DNA from: Squalus acanthias
Lineage: Eukaryota
Reading direction: 5' to 3'
Assembly: GCA_030390025.1 (NCBI GenBank)
Contig: CM059432.1
Coordinates: 133,550,001-133,614,000 of the forward strand
Length of the DNA: 64,000 bases
This document shows positions 1 through 11,094 of this stretch, piece by piece (position 1 is the first letter of the stretch; each line of letters starts with the position of its first letter). The translations under genes and the position numbers were made by a program. The notes under the pieces were generated by a model. That model did not search any database, was not told the origin of the DNA, and saw only the letters and a program-made list of their open reading frames with translations.

Positions 1-513
1 CTGGCCACGGCCCCTAGGATGCATTCATCACCATTGGGAGTTTCTGCTAATTGCGCTCGTTTGCAGGACTTCGAGGAGGCTCTAAAAAAATTAAGCTGGT
101 TCTTTTGGGCGCAAGGACACTAACAAGCATGTTTTAAAAGCTTTTGAATGTATTTTTTATTTATTTACGAAGAAGCTGACTGCTGTATCCCAAAATAACT
201 AGCAAATGGTTCTGTATATTAAGATCAGGTTGCTCACGGGTGGTGGATTAAGACTGTGCTTAAAATGCTTACTTTTTGTGATAAACCCATTTTCAGGTGT
301 ATTAGTGAAACAGCACCAAGTTACCAATTTTAAATATATCAAGGAAAATTTTTGAAAGCAAACTTTGTTTTTAAAATGATTTTGCGTTCGGCAATATGCA
401 AATGAGTTTGAGCAGAAACGCAAGAGAAAAATAAACGCCTCTCGAAACTCGCGCAATTTTGGGCACAGTTTGCGGCCGGGTCGCCGATTGCACCCAAAGC
501 GGAAACTCTACCC
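1..513 (-). mobile_element. PIF/Harbinger-type MITE, partial (runs off window start); same family as 18687-19382, opposite orientation
   Basis: Ends in GCGGAAACTCTACCCC, the reverse complement of the GGGGTAGAGTTTCC terminus at 18687; interior aligns by eye to the reverse complement of 18690-19220. Confidence 0.75.
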
Positions 514-1124
514 CAGTATTTCTAATAATGAAACGTCGAAGATTTCCACATTTGGACGACGTTGCAATGTAGAGGAAATAACAAATATCCAATTAATTCT
601 TCAGATTAACTTCCATTTAAAAATTCAGGCGTGCTTATTTAATAAATCAAATAAATTAAACAATATTGATGAAACGACGGAGTTCACCTTACCCCGCCTC
701 CCATGAAATGAACAGCAACCAGTAAGTAATTTAGTAATTCTGCATGATCAATTGTATTTAATAAAACATGTTCACAAGTTCTCCAAAATACAGTATAATA
801 TGGATTTTCCGAACAGCATAATTTTCTAATGACCTTACAGTTAATGAAATATATATTGAGGTTTCCTTTCCATGTCATTGGTGTGTATAATTAAAGGGTA
901 AATAATAAAGGCACAAATAATTTATACATTTTCTGCCAATCGCTGTAGCTTCAAGCAATTCTGTATCTTACTTAAAAAGGTTATTTGTATTCAAATATGA
1001 ATATGTTCAATACTCTGAAGCAGGTTTGGGTTTGCAGATTTTAAACCGGTGAGCGTTGGTGCTTGGAATATGCCAGTCTAGCCATTGGGTTTTGCTGGTA
1101 AACACCACTGTTTTAAGGACAGTA

Positions 1125-1633
1125 TGAAGGAGAGGGAGTGCAACGAAGGTTCACGAGATTGATTCCTGGGATGGCGGGACTGTCGTATGAGAAGAGATTG
1201 AGTAAACTAGGCCTGTATTCTCTTGAATTCAGAAGAATGAGAGGGGATCTCATTGAAGCAAACAAAATCATTACAGGGCTTGATAGGGTGGATGCTGGGA
1301 GAATGTTTCCCTTGGCTGGGGAGTCTAGAACCAGGGGCCACAGCCTCAGGATAAAGGGTAGGTCATTCAGGACTGAGATGAGAAGAAATTTCTTCACACA
1401 GAGGGTGGTGAATCTTTGGAATTCTCTACCCCAGACGGCTGTGGAGGCTCAGTCATTGGGTATATTCAAAACAGAAGTCGATAGATTTCTGACTAGTAAG
1501 GGCATCAAGGGATATGGCGATAGGGCCGGTGAATGGAGTTGAGGCAGAAGATCAGCCATGATCTCATTGAATGGCGGAGCAGGCTCGAAGGGCCGAATGG
1601 CCTAGTCCTGCTCCTATTTCTTCTGTTCTTATG
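1125..1633 (+). mobile_element. CR1 LINE 3' fragment (ORF2 C-terminus + 3' UTR)
   Basis: ORF 1138..1542 QRRFTRLIPG...LYSLEFRRMRGDLIE...TRGH...FFTQRVVNLWNSLP; CR1-type tail GGGCCGAATGGCCT... Confidence 0.95.
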
Positions 1634-1842
1634 GTGGCTGGATGTGTTCCTAGGTAGAGAATGTGTGCACTCGGTATCAAAAAAGTCTACTTTGTGTGCA
1701 TTTCTCAGCTTTGTTTAAAGACTCTTAAGCATGATGGTGGCTTTCTGCTGATCCAACATTCGGCTGACCAAAACACAAAACCTCTGCGCTTCCCCTGTCA
1801 ACATATCTCTGAGGTATGGAGTTTATTATATAGATAACATAC

Positions 1843-2331
1843 AACAACAACTTGCATATATATAGCACCTTTAACGTAGTAAAGCATCCCAAGGCGCTTC
1901 ACAGGAGCGTTATCCAACAAAATTTGCCACCGAGCCACATAAGGAGATATTAGGACAGGTGACCAAAACCTTGGTCAAAAAGGTAGGTTTAAGGAGCGTC
2001 TTAAAGGAGGAGAGAGAGGCAGAGAAGTCGAGAGGTTTAGGGAGGGAATTCCAGAACTTAGGGCCCAGGCAGCTGAAGGCACGACCACCAATGGTGGAGC
2101 GATTCAAATCGGGGATGCTCAAGACGCGAGAATTGGGAGGAGTGCAAGGATCTCGGAGGGTTGTAGGGCTGGAGGAGGTTACAGAGATAGGGAGGGGCGA
2201 GGCCATGGAGGGATTTGAAAACAAGGATGAGAATTCTAAAATCGAGGTGTTGCCGGACCGGGAGCCAATGTAGGTCAGGGAGCACAGGGGTGTTGGGTGA
2301 ACGGGACGTGGTGCGAGTTAGGATACAGGCA
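1843..2331 (-). mobile_element. L2 LINE 3' fragment
   Basis: Minus-strand LHWLPVRQ, GGRAFS..GPKFWNSLP, SSFKTLLK motifs; (TTG)n tail reads ACAACAACAAC on +. Confidence 0.92.
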
Positions 2332-2374
2332 GCTCCAGGATGGAAAGACCTGAGGAGAAGAAAATAACAAGGGA

Positions 2375-2700
2375 GGAGACTCATTGGAACAGTAGGTTAG
2401 AACACTGGCCTTTAAACATTGGATTTTGGGTTTGAATCCAACCCAAAACTGATGAGATAAGGCCTTTTCTCCCTAGGTCCTACATGAAATGAGATTTAGT
2501 AGACAAACCAGTTCCTATATAAAGCTGCCAGTACCTAGCTCTGACTGGCTCTGACTGGCACATACCCAGAGAGGCCACGGGACACCTGTGGCAAATGGAA
2601 ATAATGTTCACAAAGTGTTCTTCTGAGACCGTCATTGTGGCTGAGTAAAAAGAGGTTTATTCTGCCTTTAGCTGTTTTATAAAGAGGAACCCGTACTTCC
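2375..2700 (+). mobile_element. Old tRNA-derived SINE resembling LF-SINE
   Basis: B-box-like GGGTTTGAATCC then CCTACATGAAATGAG, CCAGTTCCTA, CAGAGAGGCCA and ATAAAGAGGA, in the order I recall from the LF-SINE consensus. Confidence 0.45.
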
Positions 2701-3134
2701 AGTCACCTTTATAACGCAGTCAACTGTCAATAACCGACACACTTCACATTCCTGACCAACAGCTACTACAAGTCAATAGGAGTTCTCCATTCAGCACCCA
2801 CTCAATCCCACTATTCCTAATTCCAGCCACTGAATTACACCAACATTGAAAAGTCAGACTGGAATTGGAGGCTGCTTATTCGGGTCAGGATTTCACATTG
2901 AAATGTATTTTCTCCTTAGCTTGTTCAGATAGGGGCATTATATATACAGTCATGGTGAAGGGCTTGGAATCGGATCTACATGACAGTAATGTGCATGTTA
3001 GTTTATCATACTATAATCAAGAATCTCCATATGTGTTAATGTGCAACCTAATAATAATGTGTGGCTGGCTTGTTAAAACATAAAGTATGGACTTTACTTG
3101 TTGAAATCTTTCCACAGAGAAATGACCCCTTTTT

Positions 3135-4060
3135 ATCAATTGGTCTTGGGATATGGGCAACACTGGCAAGGCCGTCTTTATTGCCCATCCCTGAGGGCAT
3201 ATAGTGTGGGACTGTAGTCAAAAGTAGGCCAGTCCAGGTAGGAGTGCATGTTCCCTTTCTTGAAGGGCCTTAAAACCTACCTCCACCTGTCCCAATATCT
3301 CTGGGGTGCTACCCACTGGGCTGTGTCAGCTGTGGCTCAGTGGGTAGCACCAGTCGCCTCTGAGTCAGAAGGTTGTGGGGTCAAGTACCCACTCCAGGGA
3401 GTTGAGCACAAAAAACTAGGCTGACACTCCCGTGCAGTACTGAGGGAGTGCTGCACTGTCAGAGGTGCTGTCTTTTGGATGAGACGTTAAACTGAGGCCC
3501 CGTTTGCTCTCTTAGGTGGACATAAAAGACCCCGTGGCACTATTTCGAAGAAGAGCAGGGGAATTATCCCATGTGTCCTGGCCAACATCAATCCCTCAAT
3601 CAACATAACAAAAAACAGATTAACTGGTCATCGTCACATTGTTGTTTGTGGGAGCTTGCTGTGCGCAAATTGGTTGCCACGTTTCCTACATTACAACAGT
3701 GACTACACTTCAAAAAGTACTTCATTGGCTGTAAAGTGTTTTAGGACGTCCGATGGTTGCGCTATATAAATGCAAGTCTTTCTTTCTTTACGTGGCTCTG
3801 TGTCAAATTTTGTCTGATAGCTCCAGTGAAGCGCCTTGGGACATTTTACTACATTAAAGCCGCTATATAAATACAAGTTGCTGTTGTTGTTATTAGTGAA
3901 CCTGGTAGGTTTTTATGACAATCTGGCACATTTCATGGTCATTCGCCTGGTGCTCGCCCACAAATTACCAGATTTACTGAACTCACTTTCACAAATTGCC
4001 ATGGTGTGATTTTCCTCTGGGTTGCTAGTACAGTACCATAATAAATAGGCTACCCTACCC
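3135..4060 (-). mobile_element. Decayed SINE-like element sharing its 3' tail with the LINE at 24594-25115, interrupted by an L2 end (~3268-3890) that itself contains a Deu-SINE
   Basis: 3147-3190 (GGGATATGGGC..CTGGCAAGGCC..TTTATTGCCCATC) matches 24612-24655; L2 motif CTTAAAACCTACCTC stops at ~3300 and resumes at ~3790. Confidence 0.6.
3325..3788 (+). mobile_element. Deu-domain SINE (SacSINE1/AmnSINE-like), full length
   Basis: tRNA A-box TGGCTCAGTGGG and B-box-like GGGTCAAGTAC; Deu-like core GTCTTTTGGATGAGACGTTAAA..GAGG..GGCACT..TGTCCTGGCCAA; L2-like tail GCTATATAAATGCAAGTCTT. Confidence 0.85.
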
Positions 4061-5148
4061 TTTTAGGGAGAGGCGTCCCTCACCTTGCTGAGCACAGAAA
4101 TCTTGAGAAGCTGCGACAAGCCTCACAGAACTGCAGAAGGGTGATGTTTCCCTGCCGTTAACAGTCAAGCTCCCAATGAGATGTGTTTTGAACATCTGCA
4201 GCTCGGCCCAGGAATGACAGGTGGGAAGTCCAGCCCCATCCCGCCCCACCCCATGTCCGGTGGGGATCGTGTCCCTGTGGAACATTCAGGTTTCTAATTT
4301 TGGTTCTTCCTAGGAAGTATTGAAAATAAACAAGCCTCCTCACAAATTCTTTGTGGGTGGTGGTGGTGGTGGGAATAATAATAATAAAAAAAGAATCTAT
4401 TTTTGCAAAGGCCAGAAAATGCGTATCGTATAATTAAATTAATTTATATGAAACTAAATGAAATGTGTCACGTGGAAGCTGCCATCTGTTTAAAGGTGCG
4501 GATGTGTAGTTTCATTGTTTTGTTTTAAAATATAAACTAAAAATGGCCAATAAAAGGGTAACATTTTTTCAACCACAGCCAAATCGCCTGGTGTTGTTAT
4601 TAAATTATTCCACCTCAGATTCAGCCGATGAACAGCATGCACAGGCAAGCAGTGCTGTTTATCAGTCTGCAGAGCTATTTTATGGAGAAGGATTCAAACT
4701 AGGAAATATGTTGGTAGAAACAGGTGTTGTTTTCAACATCTAGAATGTGATGCAGTGGATAATTAGAACATTTTTAAATTGCTCTTCTATCAAAAAATGA
4801 ATTTCTTTTCATAGTGCTTTTCTACAATGTGTGTGGTCAAAGACTCGGTGGTATAAATCATTGGTTGTGTGTATCCCAGCAGTAATATAATAGTAGTTAG
4901 TGGTATCAATAAACAACCTGACTAGGTTTCCATACAACACATTCAGATTACCAACTCAGAATTGGGCTCCGCTACTGTAAGTGGACGTGCCTTATTTGGG
5001 TTTATGCTCACATCCACATGGGATTAGATCTGAATTGGTTTACAACAAAATAAGGGATTTGTTTCAGACGGAGTAAATTGGAAATTTCTGACGAGCAGCG
5101 TTGTGCAGTTTAATGGAGGAGCTCACTTACTTGTCCACACTGGCTACT

Positions 5149-5599
5149 GTCAGCCAGTGGCTCAGTGGGTAGCACCCTCGCCTCGGAGTCAGAAAGCTGT
5201 GGGTTCAAGTCCTACTCCAGGGACTTGAGCAGAAAAAACCAAGGCTGCCGTGCTAGAGGCAGCGCTGCGCTGTCAGAGGTGCTGTCTTTCGGATGAGACG
5301 TTAAACTGAGGCCCCGTCTACTCTCTCAGGTGGATGTAAAAAATCCACTATTGGCACAATTTCGAAGAAGAGTTATTCCTGGTGTCCTGGCCAATATTTC
5401 TCCCTCGATCAACATCACTAAAAAAAAATGATCTGGTCATTATCGCAGTGCTGTTTGTGGGAGCTTGCTGTGTGCAAATTGGTTGCCGCGTTTCCCACAT
5501 TTCAACAGTGACTCCACTTCAAAAGTACTTCATTGGCTGTAAAGCACTTTGAAACATCCGGTGGTCGTGAAAGGCTCTATATAAATGCAAGTCTTTCTT
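5149..5599 (+). mobile_element. Deu-domain SINE, full length
   Basis: Same A/B boxes (GGGTTCAAGTCC), core and tail as 3325-3788. Confidence 0.85.
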
Positions 5600-5688
5600 A
5601 CTACCGAGAGGTTTTCTTTATTGGTGAACTTTGCATCTGAGAAACTGGCCTGGGCACATGAGCATAAGGCAAGGCCACACTGTCCAGT

Positions 5689-5860
5689 GTCAGCCATGGC
5701 TCAGTTGGTAGCACTCTCACCTCTGAGTCAGAAGACTGTGAGTTCAAGCCCCACTTCAGGTACTTGAGCACAAAAATCTAGGCTGACACTCTTGTGCAGT
5801 ACTGAGGGAGTGCTGCACTGTCGCAGGCGCTGTCTTTTGGATAAGGTATTAAACCGAGGC
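5689..5860 (+). mobile_element. Deu-domain SINE, 5' half
   Basis: TGGCTCAGTTGG, GAGTTCAAGCCC, GTGCAGTACTGAGGGAGTGCTGCACTG. Confidence 0.8.
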
Positions 5861-5979
5861 TTTAAACAGGCGCCTAAGCATCCAATATGGCGGGTGGGAT
5901 GCGAGCACACATTCCACTATATTGTAAAAATGTCCAGGGCCTGCGCCTGAAATAGATGTTAGGACCTTTGCATATTCAA

Positions 5980-6270
5980 ATAGGAACAGGAGTAGGCCTA
6001 GAGGAGAGAGTTCCCGATTTCCACTACCTTTGTGTGATGAAGCGCTTCCTGATATCACCCCTGAATGGCCTAGCTCTAATTTTAAAGTTATTCTCCCTTG
6101 TTCTGGACTCCCCCACCAGAGGAAATTGTTTCTGTCTACTGTATCAACTGCTTTAATCATCTTAAACACCTCAATTAGATCACCCCTTAATCTTCTATAC
6201 TCGAGGGAATACATGTCCTCATAATTTAACTCTCTTACCTTCGGGTATCATTCTGGTGAATCTGCGCTGC
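5980..6270 (-). mobile_element. CR1 3' fragment inside a decayed MITE (MITE ends ~6593 GAATTTCCACCCC)
   Basis: Minus ORF YSLEYRRLRGDLIEVFKMIK. Confidence 0.8.
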
Positions 6271-7303
6271 CTGTTTGAAACCCCCTTGCCGAAACTGGGC
6301 TGCCCTGAATGCAGCTGGCCTTGTGTAGATCACCTTAAAGGTACTGCTCCCTCCCTTCCCATCGACTCCCACCCCCACCCCCACTCCCCATCACCGTCCT
6401 CCCGATTGCCCCCCCCTCCCAAGACCGACTTGAGGGCCGTAACCAAGGAGGCAGTGACCCACCTTCCTCCCCGTGGAAGCGGAAAGCTGCCTCTGGATGC
6501 CCGAGTGAGCCTCAGCCCTCTGACTTCTGGCGTGCACTCCTAGTGTGCCACCTATTTCAGGCCCAAAAACAGGTCAGATCGAATTTCCACCCCAATATTT
6601 TTAGCATATTAAATAATCACATAATGCTGAAGTTTATATCATCCTGTGACATTGATGCTATCTGTTCTACAGACTATAAGGAACAGATAATGGGGCCATC
6701 ATGCCAGGCATTAATTGATTGCAAGCAAGTAATTCTCACTGACAAACATTGCAAACATGAAATGCTTTCTGGCCCTTTAGAGCAATCCCTTCAGTAAAAT
6801 TGAGCACGGCAGTAGCAGGTTAGATCTGACAGCATTTGTACAATAAAGGTTTACATCAGTATCACCATTGAGAGTCTCTGAAATGAAGTAAGTTGTAGAA
6901 GTGTGCCTGACCTGATTTTCCACTGCCATTCTCCAGACTGCTTTGTGACTGGCCAGTAAGACCTGGTGAGATGGGCCCTTTGTCTGCTCATTATATTATG
7001 TAGAACTGATTGCATACAGTAAACTACGGTGTTCAGTGAGAAGATGTGCCACAATATCTTTGCAAGTAAGTCATTCCTGACAGCCCAGTGGGGTAGATTA
7101 TCATCTTAGCCTGGGCAGTAACCTGGCAGAATGGATCGCATGCCCTTTATGGAACCTGCCCGGTTTTCACTACATTGAAACCACTGCCTTGAATGTGACT
7201 AAAACATAATAGCAAACCCCACTGTCTGACAGTGATACGCTATGCGAGGAACACAATTCTTCTAGCCACTTCATGTAGTTCCAGCTATTGGGGTGAATGT
7301 GTC

Positions 7304-7466
7304 TTAACAGGTAGCTTGTCTGTCGTGTGGACTTAACCCCTTGTGCGCTGAATTTAACTTAATAGCAACGTCTTGAAATAAATTAAACCAAAATTGCTCC
7401 GAGGGCAAGAAGTCAAAAATCTCAAAACATGACAACCTGTAAGCCAGTTGATGATAGAACTTGATC
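7304..7466 (-). CDS. Probable terminal coding exon of the minus-strand gene; frame ambiguous: (R)SSSIINWLTGCHVLRFLTSCPRSNFGLIYFKTLLLS* (stop 7354) or (x)IKFYHQLAYRLSCFEIFDFLPSEQFWFNLFQDVAIKLNSAHKGLSPHDRQATC* (stop 7304)
   Basis: Acceptor tttactttatacag|G at 7467/7466; non-repetitive; two open frames follow the acceptor. Confidence 0.45.
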
Positions 7467-7627
7467 CTGTATAAAGTAAATATGCTATCATGGGGTAACT
7501 CTTCAGATTTTTGGAAAGCATTAATGGCAAATACGAGTGGGAAGGCAAAGATTTTTTTTTTATGTTGCTTCACATATAGTTCTGATGCGGAGAATGGCAA
7601 TAGAAGCTGAGAGATTTTCTTGCTCAC

Positions 7628-7678
7628 TCGAGTTCTGGCTTAGTTCGAACTCAGTGTTAACGGATTTCCCCGTGGTAA
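7628..7678 (-). CDS. Candidate 51-nt exon, (F)TTGKSVNTEFELSQNS
   Basis: Acceptor ccctttcttgtaacag, donor CGA|gtgagc; only the phase-1 frame is open, matching the phase-1 end of the 32171-31919 exon. Confidence 0.45.
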
Positions 7679-7810
7679 CTGTTACAAGAAAGGGTTGTTA
7701 GTCCGGCGACCATAATTCTGCTCAGATCCTAGTCCGAGTGGCTTTTACACAACATTTTATATAACTGTGTTATGTTAAATGACAAGATGACGTGCAAATA
7801 ATACAACCTG

Positions 7811-8357
7811 ACCTCTCTGTCCTCGGCCTCTGCTCCACTCCCACTCTGACCTCAGCCTCCGCTCCACTCCCACTCTGACCTCTCTGACCTCAGCCTCCGC
7901 TCCACTCCCACTCTGACCTCTCTGTCCTCGGCCTCCGCTCCACTCCCACTCTGACCTCTCTGTCCTCGGCCTCCGCTCCACTCCCACTCTGACCTCTCTG
8001 TCCTCAGCCTCCGCGCCACTCCCACTCTGACCTCTCTGTCCTCGGCCTCCGCTCCACTCCCACTCTGACCTCTCTGTCCTCGGCCTCCGCTCCACTCCCA
8101 CTCTGACCTCTCTGACCTCAGCCTCCACTCCACTCCCACTCTGACCTCTCTTTCCTCGGCCTCCGCTCCACTCCCACCTCAGCCTCCACTCCACCCTCAG
8201 CCTCCACTCCACTCCCACTCTGACCTCGGCCTCCGCTCCACTCCCACTCTGACCTCGGCCTCCGCTCCACTCCCACTCTGACCTCAGCCTCCACTCCACT
8301 CCCACTCTGTCCTCGGCCTCCGCTCCACTCCCACTCTGACCTCTCTTTCCTCGGCCT
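7811..8357. repeat. Minisatellite, ~38-bp unit (CACTCCCACTCTGACCTCTCTGTCCTCGGCCTCCGCTC), ~15 variable copies
   Basis: Direct inspection; the unit corresponds to the PLE coding segment HSHSDLSVLGL (compare 29685-29720 on minus strand). Confidence 0.95.
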
Positions 8358-8693
8358 CTTACACTGTTCCAATGAAGCTCAACGTAAGCTCGAGGAACAG
8401 CACCTCATCTTTCGATTAGGCATTTTACAGCCTTCTGGACCCAACATTGAGTTCAACAATTTCAGACTATAATCCCCCCCCATTTTTTCAGGCGGCAGCT
8501 GTTTATGATTCTGCCATCCCCATTTGCAACATTTAACCACTCCTGCCTTGCATTCTAGCACAGACTGTCCCTTAAGTTCCTTCCTCCCCTCCCCCCCACT
8601 GCCCCCCATCTTCCCTGCCTCTGCACCTGCTTAAAATCTGTTACATTTTCAACTTTTACCAGTTCTGATGAAGGGACTCCGACCTGAAACAAT

Positions 8694-9442
8694 GGGCCAA
8701 AAATTCGGCACTTGCCAGGTGAGTACCCGTAAGGCCTCCTGAAGTGCCGGTTTCCTGCATGCACTGTGCATGTGCGGGAAACTGGAACTTCCGGTCTCGT
8801 GAAGGGAGGGGTTGAGAGGTGAACCGCGTGCGCGGGAGAGGCTGCGCGCACGCAGCGAACTTAGGTTTTTTTCAGGTTTCTCCGGGAGGGTAAGTATTGA
8901 AGAACCTGCGCTTTTAAAAAGGAGGCGCAAGACCCGTTTTTAACAAGGTAAGTGGTTAATGAATTACAATTTTTAAAAAATTTCAACAGGTTTATCTTTT
9001 TTAGATACTTTAAAGAAAGGTAAGTTTATTTTTAGCACTGTTAAAAAGTATTTTAATTTTTTCAAAAATTTAAATTTTTGTTTAAAGTAGTTAATTTATT
9101 TAACTTATAGTTATTTTAAAAATGTGATGGTTTTTTTTAAATTTATTTGAAGTTTAGGTGTTGTTTTGGGGCTGAGTTCAATTCATAGATTTGACAGGTC
9201 TTCCTGTCAAATCTATGAATGAAAGATAGTCTGCTGCCATTGGCTCTCCATGGCCCACGTGATCCCAGGGGACGCATCGCACTAACTACGCCCCTGGGAT
9301 ACACGAGCACTGCGCGCCGGCAGCTGCAGGAGGCCCAGGAGCTGAAGTCCCCGTGGGCCCAGAGGTCAACGGCAGGCGCGGTAGGTAGGTGCGCGCGCGA
9401 TCCCTGCACCCGCGGGAAGCCAGGGAGCCAAATTTCTGGGCC
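8694..9442. mobile_element. PIF/Harbinger-type MITE
   Basis: Imperfect TIRs GGGCCAAAAATTCGGC / GCCAAATTTCTGGGCC; 3-bp flanks AAT/ATT; GC-rich ends with AT-rich centre; PLE sequence resumes exactly after it. Confidence 0.85.
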
Positions 9443-9739
9443 ATTAACTCTGTTTCTCTCTCCACGGATGCTGCCTGGCCTGCTGAGTGTTTCCAGCATT
9501 TTCTGTTGTTATTGCAAATAATACAACCTGGTTCCCAGGCTTGGAGTGATCACTTTCGACTCTCCAGGCTGCCTGCGTGTCTGTGGGCTTCCAACTGATC
9601 TGGAGAGCGCTCCGACCCTCAAGAGAACAACACAGCCCATCCGCACAGCGGCGTGGCTCCTAGCCAACCTTCAACACTAAATATCATGGTCAACTGTCCA
9701 AACTTTTGAGGGCATATAGAATTTCAGATACAATAGAGA

Positions 9740-9943
9740 TTTATTAGTGGTGTTCAAAATAATGAGGGGTTTTGATAAAGTAAATAGGAAGAAACTGTTT
9801 CCACTGGCAGGAGAGTCGCTAACCAGAGGACACAGATTTAAGGTAATCGGCAAAAAAGCCAGGGGGAAGATGTGGAGAATTTTTTTTACGCAGCGAGTTG
9901 TTATGATCTGGAATGCCCTGCCTGAAAGGGTGGCGGAAGCAGA
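9740..9943 (+). mobile_element. CR1 ORF2 3' fragment
   Basis: VFKIMRGFDKVNRKKLFPLAGESLTRGHRFK..FFTQRVVMIWNALP. Confidence 0.9.
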
Positions 9944-10231
9944 TAGCAAAGGAGAGAGAGAGAGGGGGGTAAGGTTCCAGAGATAGCAAAGGAGAGAGAG
10001 AGAGAGAAGGATAAGGTTCCAGAGATAGCAAAGGAGAGAGAGAGAGAAGGATAAGGTTCCAGAGATAGCAAAGGAGAGAGAGAGAGAGGGATAAGGTTCC
10101 AGAGATAGCAAAGGAGAGAGAGAGAGAGAGGGATAAGGTTCCAGAGATAGCAAAGGAGAGAGAGAGAGAGATAAGGTTCCAGAGTTCGCAAAGGAGAGAG
10201 AGAGAGGGATAAGGTTCCAGAGATAGTAAAG

Positions 10232-10264
<33 letters not shown>

Positions 10265-10300
10265 GGGGGGGGTGGGGGGGTAAGGTTCCAGAGATGGCAA
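9940..10300. repeat. Compound minisatellite AGATAGCAAAGG(AG)nGGATAAGGTTCCAG, ~8 copies, with a G-run in the last unit
   Basis: AAGGTTCCAG recurs 8 times with variable (AG)n length. Confidence 0.95.
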
Positions 10301-11094
10301 AGGGAAAATGTAGAAAGAATCATTTTGAGTGAGGTAGGACAATTGAGTTCCTGTGATTAAATGCTTGCATTTTCCCGTGATGGGGGATTCATATCCTGTT
10401 GGTCTTGGACACCCATATAGCTTGAACCACTGATTTGCCACTCAGATTTTTTTTCAATTAGTAAGATAAAATCTGTTGCAATTTATTATTTATCTTAAGA
10501 CTTCCTTCCCCAGTAATTACCTATTATTACTGGGGAGGGAACCTTTAAAATAGTAAACAGTGCCTTATTTTATTTTATTTCTTCATTTAGAGATGAATTC
10601 TTTGGTAGCCAGTAAAGGATTTAAACCCTGCTCCTCAGTGCACTTGGGGTTTTAATCCCTATTTGCTTTTTAAAAAAATTCTAAAACTTCTTTCTCCCAC
10701 TAGCAATAGATAATCTATTAGTGAGAGAAAGACTTTTTAATTAATTTTCTTTAAAACGTATTCCCCAATGGCGAATAAGCATTTCAAACCCTGGTCTTAT
10801 TATCTATAAGATCATTCCAATCCCCTATCTGTCATTAGGGATTTTTTTTTAAATAAAAGATTTTTTTAAATGTGGAAAGAGTTCTATTTTAAAAAAATAA
10901 CCTCGATTTTTAGATAGGAATTTTTAAAACACTAAAGGGGAGGGGCGGGGATTTTAACTCTCTCCAGCGGAAACCGAGTGGGACGGACGTTGAAATCAAA
11001 GCAGTGGACTTATCGCTGGTTTAATGCCCCATCGCCACCTTCTTACCGCTGGTTTAATAGGCGTCATATGCTCCTGTCTAACTTAGGTGGGATA

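Larger units (their letters stand above)
7811..9512 (+). mobile_element. Penelope-like element (family A), 5'-truncated, with internal minisatellite and inserted MITE
   Basis: 18-bp TSD TGCAAATAATACAACCTG at 7793-7810 and 9513-9530; encodes GIY-YIG tail EAQRKLEEQHLIFRLGILQPSGPNIEFNNFR; 3' UTR matches 15286-15815 and 29203-29567. Confidence 0.9.

Noticed and set aside
3325..3400. tRNA-like A/B boxes (also 5149, 5689)
   Set aside because: SINE heads continuing into the Deu core; no complete cloverleaf or terminator
7775..8372. Overlapping ORFs with SEWEWSGG/EVRVGVE repeats; superficially CRISPR-like array
   Set aside because: Translation of a tandem minisatellite; no unique spacers, no cas genes, eukaryotic context
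9677..10441. Longest ORF in the track (254 aa)
   Set aside because: Antisense CR1 plus (AG)n minisatellite read-through
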